64,000 nt of DNA, from positions 81,034,001-81,098,000 of the forward strand of contig OX597823.1 in NCBI GenBank assembly GCA_951406725.2. The letters run 5' to 3'. The translations under genes and the position numbers were made by a program. Below, piece by piece: positions 30,001 through 42,400 of the stretch. Position 1 is the first letter of the stretch. Each line of letters begins with the position of its first letter. The notes under the pieces were generated by a model, which made no database searches, was not told where the DNA came from, and saw only the letters and a list, made by a program, of their open reading frames with translations. The stretch is from Octopus vulgaris (Eukaryota).

Positions 30001-33000
30001 ACCAGAGCTGACCACGTGGAGAGCTACACCAGATTCCAGTCTGATTTTGCATGGTTTCTATGGCTGGATGCCCTTCCTAATGCCAACCACTTTCCAGAAT
30101 GTGCTAGGTGCTTTTGCATGGCACCACATGGATGCTTTTACATGGTGCTGCATGGGCATTTATTGTGGCACTGTGCAGGAGCACTTACATGCTTTTATGT
30201 GGCTCTGCACAGGTATTTTTTTATGGCACCACACAGGTGCTTTTACATGGCACTGTCATGAGTGCTTTCCACCACTGCAGGGACTGGTCTAAACACATCT
30301 GCTGCAGAGTACAGGTCCTCTTGAGTACAGCAAAGCCCCAGCCATCTCTGTCCTTTGTCAAGCAAGTGCCAGACATCTGGGTCCTTTCTCATAGATATCA
30401 CTTCTAACCTTCTAATAATCTCATTTTCTGTGATACTTTTGCTTGCTTATCTTATCACACTGTTTTGCTCTCTTACTATTTTGATATCAGTTAGATTTAT
30501 TTGCCATTGTCATCATTAGCTGCAGCAGCAGCATTTAGCCATCATCTCATCCTTCATTGAGCAGACATTTAATAAAAGGCATTCCAGTCATGACATGCCA
30601 TCCTTTTGGTTATGCTGGGTACAGTGGCCAATGTGAACTTCTTGTTTTAATTGGTGGTCAGTGGTTTCTTGTTACTGCCACTTCTAGCAGGTCAAGCAAT
30701 GTGATAGAGACTTCCTTGATGGCTTAGATTACTAAGATACTTCTGACTAATTGTGTATGTATTGATGAGTCTATATAAGTGATTATGTTTGTTTTAGTTT
30801 TCCATTTTTTTTTGTTTTTTTTTGTTTTGTGCGTGTGTGTGTGTGTGTCTGCATGTGTGTGCCAGTCTGTGTGCCTGTGTGAGGTAAAAGAACTACTTCT
30901 TATCACCATAACTAATATGGAAAATAAAGGGCATGTGTGTATATGCCTTTTTGAGTGTGTATGTGTGTATCTATGTTTGTGTATGTATGTGAGGCAGAGT
31001 GTGAGAGAATATTCACTTATGTACAGGTTTGTACAATGTTTATTAATGTAGATTGGCGTTAGGAAGGGCATCCAGCTGTAGAAACTTAGTCAAATCAGAT
31101 TGGAGCCTGGTGCAGCCTTCTGGCTCGCCAGTCATCAGTCAAACCGTCCAACCCATGCCAGCATGGAACATGGACGTTAAACGACAATGATGATGATGAT
31201 GATGATGAATAAATAATTTTCAATAATTGATTGAATAAATAATGTTGTTTTTTTCATTTCTTAAAACAGAGTCCTGGTGTGTGATGAATGATGGTTTAGC
31301 AGATGCTTTATTAATAAGAAGTTGGGACATTGAGACTTCAAGCAATCAAGAACATGTAAATTCCATCAGACCTGGTGGAAAAGGATGGAAACCTGATCTC
31401 AGTGACAAAAAACGTACTGTAACAATTTTTGTTGGAGATGCTTTAAGATATGGTGCAACAATAAGATTACCCCATGCGAAATATGTTGAGAAATTTGATG
31501 TGATACTCTCTGATGGGAAGGTAAATTGTCTACTAATTTATAATAATATCTATTATTTTTAATTAATTAACCGTTTGTAATTTTTATATTGCTTATATAA
31601 TGAAAATATGTCTAGTATAAATAAAATTAATAACAGATTGCCTTATTTTGCATATGACCTTATCATGCAATATATAGTGTGGGCCACAGTTCATGACTAA
31701 CTTATTAGTTATATTTCTTAATATGCTTATTTTGTTGTTATTCAACATCATCATCATCGTTTAACGTCTGTTTACCATGCTGGCATGGGTTGGACAGTTT
31801 GAATGGAGACTGGTAAGCCAGGAGGCCTCACCAGGCTCCAATCTAATCTGGCAATGTTTCTACAGCTGGATGCCCTTCCTGACATAAACCACTCCGAGAG
31901 TGAAGTGGGTACTTTTTACGAGCTACCAGCACAGGAGCCAGTCATGCGGCACAGGCATTGGCCACGTTCAGACAGTGCCTTTTACATGCTATTGGCACAA
32001 GAGCCAGTCGGGGGTGGGGGTGGGGGTAGGGTGTGTGCTGGCATTGACCAGGTTTGGTTGGTGATTTTTATGTGCCATCAACATGAGGAGCCAGTCAGGC
32101 AGCACTTGCAATGACCCACACATGAATGGAGCTTATTGCGTGCCACCAGCACAAGAACCAATCAGGCAGTGCTGGCATCGGCCACAATTACAATTTCCAT
32201 TTAACTGTGATTTGATTTTTGATTTTGATTTTACTTGACTCAGTATCAGTGATATCCGTGCTACTGATTTTAAACAAAAAAGAACCCCTTCCTTTTAACA
32301 AGTGTCAATTATATTGGCTCATTCATTTTATTTCTCTGAAGTAAATCTAATTTTACAAATTATATTAATGCTTATAATTTAACTATTACATCATACAAAG
32401 TGTATAATATCATCCATTACAATTGTGATTTTGTATAGCAATACTTTATTGAAAATACAATTACACTTACATAGGCTAGTTATGCACCGCAGGTATAGGC
32501 TATGATCTCACTTTACTTACTGGATCTTCTCAATCACAGCGTATCTCCAGAGGTCTTGGTCTTTCATCATTGCTTCTGTGAGGCCCAACATTCAAAGGTC
32601 ATGCTTCACTACCTCATCCCATGTCTTCCTGGGTCTCCCTCTTCCAAGGGTTCCTTCAACTGTTAGGGAATGACACTTCTTCACACAGTTCTCCTCATCT
32701 ATACACAGCACATTACCATATCAGTGCAGTTATCTCTCTTGCACACCACATCTATTGCGTTTCTTTCAGGGCATATGTGCACACTGACATCACAATTATT
32801 GTATTATTTTATTTCTTAACATGTTTATTTTACTGATATTGTATTGTTTTAATTTATTATTTTTTAATATGCGTATTAATAGATATTAATATATTAATAA
32901 ATATTAATATATTAATAAATATAACTAACAAGTGAGTCGTGAATTCTGGCCCACCCTGTACATATCCACAAATGTGTTTGTATAACCAAATGCTATAATA

Positions 33001-35678
33001 TATATTCTAAGCTAGTGATTACCTGGCTTGTTATTCATATTCAGTATTCATCCCTTTATTCACTTATCACTAATATTTTGATAAATAATTACCTTTCCAT
33101 TACAGCTAATTAACCAGTGATTGATCTCTTGCTATTCACATTATTTTCATTTCTTGTGTGTCAACTCTTCTTATGTCCGTTTTTTCTTTCTCTTGTACCT
33201 GCTGTAGTTACCTGGAAAAGTCTATATATAGCTGTACATTTGTATATTGGTAGATTTAATGTAAAATTTTAAAACAGACAATATTAACTTTGTTATATCT
33301 CTTTAACAGAATTCCATGAATATACCAAACAATAAACCTGATGCTATTATCAAAATACCTTTTGGAACCACAGTAAACAGTGTCAAATTGCGATTTCATT
33401 CTGTTAAACCAGAATGCCAGATAGCAGTAACAGTATCAATTCTTGGATGTTTTGAATCACGTAAGTGTAATTGTATTTTCAATAAAGTATTGCTATATAA
33501 AACCACAATTGTAATGGATGATATTATACACCTTGTATAATGCAATAGTTTATTTATAAGCATTAATGTAATTTGTAAAATTAGATTTACTTCAGAGAAG
33601 TAAAAGGAATGATCCAGTCAAATTGACACTTGTAGAAAGGAAGGGTCCCTTGTTTGTTTAAAATCAGTTTCACTTATCTCACAAATGGTTAATGTTAGTC
33701 ATTCTATATTTATTTGTGGCTATAGAAATCATATAAGAATATGACAAACAGAATATGTTTCCCTTGCCTTAATATGTTTCCCTTGCTATTCAAATTATGC
33801 TCTAACTGTTACTTGCAACCACAAGGAAATTGCTTAAACAGGAAAGTTTTGGTATATATTTTAAATTGTTAAATTTAAACATGCTACAACACACTATATG
33901 CAGTTGTTTCTTTTTATTGAATTAAATTCTGCTTTTAATATCTTCACTTTAGAATCTACAACCGAAGCAGCAACAACAGCTACAGGTATGTATTTGAAAA
34001 TTTTCACCTTTGCAATGTACTCATTTGTTACTCATACAGTAGGTATATATGAGTTACTTCTCTGAGTTCTATTAGTTAGATCTCTCTATGTTTAAATGTG
34101 GAGGCGCAATGGCCCAGTGGTTAGGGCAGCAGACTCGTGGTCGGAGGATCACAGTTTTGATTCTCATCCGGGTGTTGTGTGTGTTTATTAAGCGAAAACA
34201 CCTAAAGCTCCATCAAGCTACAACAGGGGGTGGTGGCGACTCCTGTTGTACTCTTTCACCCCAACTTTCTCTCACTCTCCCTTCCTGTTTCTTGAGTAAC
34301 ACTGCGATGGACTGGCGTCCCGTCCAGCTGAGGGGAAGACATACGCCACAGAAACCGGGAAACCAGACCCATGAGCCTGGCTAGGCTTGAAAATGGCGCA
34401 TAAGAATATATGTTTAAGTGCATATATGTGTATATGAAGGAGTATATATCTGTGTGCTCATGTATGCATGCATGTGTAAAATATAAAATTTTAAAATGTA
34501 TCTTTTATAACCTGGACTTAAATAAATGAAGAAATAATCTTGTTTTTTCATTTTTCAAAACAGAGTCCTGGTGTGCGATGAATGATGGTTTAGCTGATGC
34601 TTCATTGATAAGAAGTTGGGACATTAAGACTTCAAGCAATCAAGAACATGTAAATTCTATCAGACCAGGTGGAAAAGGATGGAAACCTGATCTCAGTGAC
34701 ACTAAACGTACTGTGACAATTTTTGTTGGAGATGCTTTAAGATATGGTGCAACAATAAGACTACTCCATGCAAAGTATGTTGAGAAATTTGATGTGATGC
34801 TCTCTGATGGACAGGTAAGAAGCATTTAGTTTATTTCTCTAATGATCCTGTCTACATACTTCCCTTATTAATTTATTTTTATATGATGTGTCAAAACAAA
34901 CTCACATATTTTTCATTTGAAAACACACAGTGTGTACTGATTAAATTCATGATGGTAACTGAAGAAAGCAATAAAATATTATCTCCATGAAGACACCACT
35001 ACCGCCTGCCTAACTGTGCTGGTGCCACACCAATAGCTGTGGAAAATATGCAAAGTTTTTTTGATACACCCTATAATAAGAAATGTGTAGTGCTGTTGCT
35101 GCTTTCCATCTCTATACTAGTCTTCATTCAGCAGACCTAAGATGAAATGAAGACTCTTGTTTCAGGCATAGCATTACTGTGACTGCATTAGCCAAAGTGT
35201 GGCCAACCTTTTATAAAATGTTAGAATACAATTGGAAAGGATTTAGCTGTTATTTTTAAAACGGTAGGAAATAGCATTTAATTCTAAATGTATAAAAATA
35301 AGACAAAGATATTGATGAATATTTAGGTTTTACATTAAAAATAATTTCATTTTCATCGTTTATCTCTTCTGCAAGAACACTTAATCTTCAGTACTTTTGA
35401 TTCTGTAAATTCTTTCATAACTACCTGTAAATGGTTTCATATATACCTTTACATAAGTATCTCTTTTACTCTTTTACTTGTCTCAGTCATTTGACTGTGG
35501 CCATGCTGGAGCACCACCTTTACTCGAACAAATCGACCCCAGGACTTATTCTTTATAAGCCTAGTACCTATTCTATTGGTCTCTTTTGCCAAACTGCTAA
35601 GCTACGGGGACGTAAACACATCAGCATCGGTTTTCAAGTGATGTTGGGAGGACAAACTCAGACACACAAACACACACA

Positions 35679-35768
<90 letters not shown>

Positions 35769-38262
35769 TATACGACAGGCTTCTTTCAGTTTCTGTCTAC
35801 CAAATCCACTTACAAGGTTTTGGTCGGCCCAAAGCTAGAGTAGAAGACACTTGCCCAAGGTGCCACGCAGTGGGACTGAACCTGGAACCATATGATTTGT
35901 AAGCAAGCTACTTACCACACAGCCACTCCTGCACCTTATATTGGTTGCAAAGTATATTGATATGTCTTATTATAAATTTTTTAAAGTTGACAATGTTGAT
36001 ATCTCTTTCTACAGAACACCAAACCTCTTCACAACAACAAACCTGATGCTATTATCAAGATACCTTTCGGTACCACAGTCGACAGTATAAAACTACGGTT
36101 TTACTCTGTTAAACCAGAGTGCCAATTAGTTGTAACTGTATCAATTCTTGGATGTTTTGAATTACGTAAGCATAAATGTACTTTTCAACCTTTTTAATAT
36201 CAACCTGCTTGAGACCACCCTTAGTCTTATGAAACAAAATTCCCTTTTAAAGTGGTCTAAATTACAACTTTTCATCAAAACGCCATGTTTATGCAGATGC
36301 TGCACAGTTTAATAATAACAATGTCATTCTAATGAGTTCCTTATCATTATAATAATAATAATAAGTCCAACCCATGCTAGCATGGAGAACGGACGCTAAA
36401 TGATGATGATGATGATGATGAATAATAATAATAATAATTGTGTACAGTGCTCAGGTGCACTACAACTCATCTAAAGTGTATATATAATCAGGTGTAGTTT
36501 TGGCGGATTTCGGAAAGCATGAGGGCCTTAAAGGATGCAGTGTCATGGCAGTCAACAACTGATGCAGGCAGTTTATTCCATGCTTCAGCAACTCTGAGCG
36601 TGAAAAAATGTTTCCGAAAGTCATGGGAGCTGTGTTGTTTTCTGACTTTATAGGCATGTCCACGTGTGTTAGACACATGGAGATCAAAAAGGTGTTCAGT
36701 GTTGTTGTTGGTGAGATGGTTGATAACTTTGTGGGTGTTTACCAAGTCTATCGCCAGACGCCGGAGCTTCAGTGAATCCATGCCCAGGGAAACAAGGCGC
36801 TCAGAATATGGTAGGTGTCTGATGGAGGGTATGCGTTTGGTTGCACGTCTCTGGACAGATTCCAGGAGGTCAATGTTCTGAGCAAGATAGGGGTTCCAAA
36901 CTGATGATGCGAATTCCAAGTGTGGTCGTACCATAGCTGTATACAGTTTTAAATAGATGGCTGGAGAGCAGCTAACAAAAGTCTTGCTGAGTGATGCCAA
37001 GACACCCTCGGCCTTCTTGACAATTTTAGAGATATGCTTTGTCCAACGCAAATCACTACTGACAGTGATGCCTAGGTCACGTTCGCAAGAGGATTTCTTG
37101 ATATCAGTGTTGTGGAGGGAGTATGTGGACGCAGGGTTTTTTCTCCCAAAATGCATGGTGGTACACTTGTCCACAGCCAGTTTCAGTTGCCAGTCTGTGA
37201 TCCATTGCTGCATTGTGTCCAGGTCTGATTGCAGGAAAGAGTTGTAGACATCAGGATCTGTCCTCTTGATTTCAAGGTACAGCTTGATGTCGTCTGATTA
37301 ATTGATACAAAAGCAATGTACTTCAACAGAAATACAGTAACAAAAGGTATGTATATACCAATTGCTGGTAGGGATGCCATATTTCGTTTTGGAGCCATGA
37401 TATTAAGGGTTTATAAGTCAACATTGTGTCCTACTTTGGGTTAGCTATACGATACAATTGCTTTTAAGTTATCTCAGCAGATTTTTTATAGAATTTAGAA
37501 TCAGTATGGAAAGTTACGACATTCCATACACAAATACATCTATGCAAACAAGATAGAAAACTAGGTAATGGGTATATATTCAATATACACCCATTACCTT
37601 GTGTTATAAATGATAAACGTCGCCCTTTTCAAGACTAGCCAGGCTCATGGGCCTGGTTTCCCGGTTTCTGTGGCATATGTGTTCCCCACCAGCTGGATGG
37701 GAAGCCAGTCCATCGCAGCGTTACTCAAGAAACAGGAAGAGACAGCAAGAGAAAGTTGTGGTTAAAGAGTACAACAGAGGTCACCACCACCACCACCCTG
37801 CCAGAGCCTCGTAGAGCTTTTAGGTGTTTTCACTCAATAAGCACACACAACGCCCGGTTTGGGAATCGAACCACGATCCTCTGACCACGAGTCCGCTGCC
37901 CTAATCACTGGGCCATTGCGCCTCCACTGTTACCTTGTGTTACATCACCAAATTTAGAATTTATTTAAGCAATGTGTTCATGGATGATTAATGGGTTGGA
38001 TGTGGTGCTGAAGGAGGAGCAAGAGCACCTGATATATGCATACTCTTTAGTCTTTTACTTGTTTCAGTCATTTGACTGCGGCCATGCTGGAGCACCGCCT
38101 TTAGTCAAGCAAATCGACCCCGGGATTTATTCTTTCTAAGCCCAGTACTTATTCTATTGGTCTCTTTTGCCGAACCGCTAAGTGACGGGGACGTAAACAC
38201 ACCAGCATCGGTTGTCAAGCAATGCTAGGGGGACAAACACAGACACACAAACACATACACAC

Positions 38263-38303
<41 letters not shown>

Positions 38304-39372
38304 ACAGGCTTCTTTCAGTTTCCATCTACCAAATCCACTCACAAGGCATTGGTCGGCCTGGGGCTATAGCAGAAGACACTTGCCCAAGATGCCACGCAGT
38401 GGGACTGAACCCAGAACCATGTGGTTGGTTAGCAAGCTACTTACCACACAGCCACTCCTGCATATTTATCTAGTCTACTAAATTTTTATTTCAACTTTTT
38501 TTATAGACATATTCATATACGAAACATTGTAACTTTCACTTCTGACTCTAATTTCTATAGGAAATCTTTTGGAATAACTTAAAAGTGGTAACAAAAAGGT
38601 TAAACAAGCTTTTCAATGCAGTATTTGTGTGTGATTACATTTATTACAACTTATATTATACACTGCTGGAGCTCTGTTGTTGATGAGGATTCAGTCATTT
38701 CATCAGCTAAATTATCTGCCCCTGAATTAATGTGTAAATGGATGAGTATTTCACAGGCACATGTATCCTTAATGTAGAACTCAGGCAGAATCAGTAATAC
38801 ATGATATGTGACAAGGATGTTTCGGCTGATTTACCCTCCAGCCTTCATCAGGTGTCATGGGGAAATTTCAAACCTGGGTTCTCATTCCTAAGGTATTTTT
38901 CAATGTTATTAATATTATTATTATTATTATTATCCAGGTCACTACCTGGAATCAAACTCAAAACCTTGGGGTTAGTAGCCCGCGCTCTTAACCACGAGCA
39001 TATAGTGTAGTGGTTAAGAGCGTGGGCTACTAACCCCAAGATTTCAAGTTCGATTCCAGGCAGTGACCTGAATAATAATAATAATAATAATGATGATGAT
39101 GATGATGATGATGATGATAATAATAATAATATCAAAAAATACCTTAGGAATGTGAGCCCATGTTTGAGATTTTCCCAAGACATCTGATGACGGCTGGAGG
39201 GTATATCAGCTGAAACATTGTGTTAACAATAAAGAAGATGAGGACAAATATCTGTCAAATGTAAATAATGTACATAATATGCATAATTCCTCATCTCTTA
39301 AATATAGAATTGTAAAGTGTACGAAATAACCAATAATATCAAGCAGATGAAATATCAATCTTATGCATGTAT

Positions 39373-39424
<52 letters not shown>

Positions 39425-42400
39425 ATATTTACATGTAATCATACAAACATGTTGTTTCATTTTTGAAGAGCCATGCAAAATTGTTGATGGAATGTCCAGC
39501 TCTGAGTACATCCCAAGCAGCTCCATTAAAGTATCCAGCAACACAAGATATGTCAATGCATTGAGACCCTTCAGAGAAGGCTGGAAATCTGATGAGAGAG
39601 ATCACAAGCGAACTGTTACTATCAACGTTGGAAATGCATTTGTCAAGGGTGGTCATATTAAGTTGAAAAAAAGTAAATTTGTTGCAAATTTTGATGTTAT
39701 TTTTGATGGAAATCACAGCATTAAGGTTAGTATTATTTTATAACTCTCTTTAACTCTTTTACTTGTTTCAGTCATTTGACTGTGGCCATGTTGGAGCACC
39801 GCCTTTAGTCGAGCAAATCAACCCTAGGACTTATTCTTTGTAAGCCTAGTACTTATTCTATCAGTCTCTTTTGCCGAACCGCTAAGTTACAGGGACATAA
39901 ACACACCAGCATTGGTTGTCAAGTGATGTTGGAGGGACAAACACAGACACACAAACACACACACACACATATATATACATATACATATACATATATATGA
40001 TGGGCTTCTTTTCAGTTTCTGTCTACCAAATCCACTCACAAGTCTTTGGTTGGCCTGAGGCTATAGTAGAAGACACTTGCCCAAGGTGCCACGCAGTCGA
40101 ACTGAACCCAGAACCATGTGGTTGGTAAGCAAGCTACTTACCACACAGCCACTGAAATTTTCTCTGCATTTCAATCTTTTCTTTTTGGTAAATGCAATAA
40201 TATCCATTTTATATGCTGGTACCTCATAAAAAACACTCATACAAACTCCTTGTAAAAAACACTCATGTTGGTGTCACATGAAAAACATTTGTGTCGGTGC
40301 CATGTACTCTGGCTTTAAGGGTATCGTGAAATGCCTGGCTGGAGGCCCAACTTTCTGAGTTCTTTTACAGGACTTAGAAAAACTGAAGGACCACTGCAAT
40401 AAATGTGTGAATCTGAGAGAGGAATATGTTGAATGAAATCATAATTAACTGATCCTCCTGTATTTTCTTTTACCCAAAGTCAGGAACTTTTCAACACCCT
40501 CTTCTATAAGAACCCGTGTCAGTACCACATAAAAAGCACCCAGCGCACTCTGTAAAGTGGTTGGCGTTAAGGGCATCCAACCATACAAACTATATCAAAA
40601 CACATGAGGCTTGGGCAGCTCTCTGGGCGGTAAGCTCCTGTCAAACCACCCAACCTATGCCAGCATGGAAAACAGTCATTAAACACTGGTGATGAGGATG
40701 ATGGTGGTGGTGGTGGTGGTGGTGATGATGATGAAAGGCATCCAGCCAGAAAGATCATTAGCATGTTGGATGGACAAAATGCTTAGTGGCATTTCTTTGG
40801 GCTTTTTACATTCTGAGATCAAATTCTGCCGAGGTCAGATTTGCCTTTTATTCCTTTGGGTTGATAAAATAAAGTACCAGTCAAGAACTGGGGTCAATGT
40901 AATTAATTTGTGCCCTCCACTCAGAATTTCTGGCTTTGAACCCTGCAACAGACCAGCATCCCATTAAAGGGGGCATTGTTGTCTTGAACACTTATAAACC
41001 ATGGAAACTGAGTAACTGGCTCAAGAAAAATATTTTAAAAATAAATTTCTACTTAATTAGACATACAAAATTATACTAATTAAGTATACAAAATAAAGTC
41101 AAAGATCAGATTTATAAAGTCAAATATATGGAGAAGGTGAATGCCTTCAAAAGCTAGAAGCTGACCAAATCAAAATACATAACATTAGTATGTTTATATG
41201 CACAGTTTTTATGGCTGGATGCCCTTCTTAACACCAATCACTCAGCAGAGTAGACTGAGTGCTTTTTATGTGGCATCTGCACAGGCGAGATCAGTTTTGT
41301 CGAAAAATGTGTAATTAAATGAAATATTTTATTATGTTCAAATTTGTTTAAATCAAATTTCATTTTCTTTAAAGGGAAATAAACCTGGAAAAACTATTAC
41401 AATACCACGTGGAACTGATTATGAAAAGGTTACTTTGAAATTCTATCCAACTGAAAACTGTAGTGTCATTGTGACAATTTCTATCAAAGGTTGCTTCGAA
41501 GAAAAATGTAAGTAAAGAAAATTTCACCACTTGTAAATGTCTATCAAAGGTATTACCTCATTGAAACCCCTTAGCATTTAGACCAGCTATATCTGGCTCA
41601 GATACTCCATCTGTTTTATGTTTAAACTGGCGAGATCTGGCCTCTCTCACAGCTTACCTTACAATGTTGTACAAAGAAGATGATGAAATCTGTTAGGATT
41701 TTTGACAACAAAATTTTATTTTTTCTTTACACAAAAAAAGATTGTTATGAAAAAACCAAAACATTGAAAGAGTTTTTGATTTTAATGTTCTTGATGTAAT
41801 TGTAGCAGCAGATAAAGTGTTGTTACTTGCTTCCCAGTTACTGACTTCTAATAACATTCATCCTCTGGCTATCCATTGCCTTTGTATTGACAGCTGTTGT
41901 CCATCACCTCTGTTTGGCCTTCTCCTACAGTGTCTGTCAATGCTCTCTCAGCATCATCTCAAAGCCCTCTGTCAAGTAGTCATGGTCTTGTCGAATTTAT
42001 ACTGGTTGATAGGCTCAGAAGGAAGTGCTCTGTGACTGGTCAGATTTTGTTGATCACATGGGCAATATATCTACTGAATCACAACATTAGGGAATTGCTG
42101 AATATTCCCACTACAATGTCACTCTAAATAATAAACAATCACATCATCAAAATCTCAAAGCTATGAGATAATGCATGACTGATTTAAAACAATGAGAATA
42201 AATAAGCATTACACTTGACAGAGTAATCTGAATGCTACAGAGTTAAGTGATTTTAGTAGAATTGTTTAATTATGAACTGTTAAACAAGGAAAAAGATTGG
42301 ATAAAAAACATTCACAGCCTATTTGATGTAGGATGGCATCAAAATAGGTGAAAAATAATTTAATTTTGTACTAAAATATATTTGTTTCTTTAGAAAAATA

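Noticed and set aside
864-36165. Array as an assembly artefact or CRISPR-like repeat
   Set aside because: Each unit has unique substitutions and distinct introns and TE insertions; the repeats are spliced coding exons in a eukaryote.
36488-37213. 241-aa minus-strand ORF as a nested host gene
   Set aside because: It is the RT C-terminus of a 5'-truncated CR1-type LINE.
37314-37346. Apparent 33-nt AG...GTATGT micro-exon where a tenth C linker would be expected
   Set aside because: It would encode [11 protein letters not shown] (not Thr-rich), has no polypyrimidine tract, and is the right half of a dispersed AT-rich repeat split by the LINE.
39001-39070. Possible tRNA gene
   Set aside because: A/B boxes are present but there is no convincing acceptor stem, and it is embedded in a repeat; treated as a tRNA-derived head.
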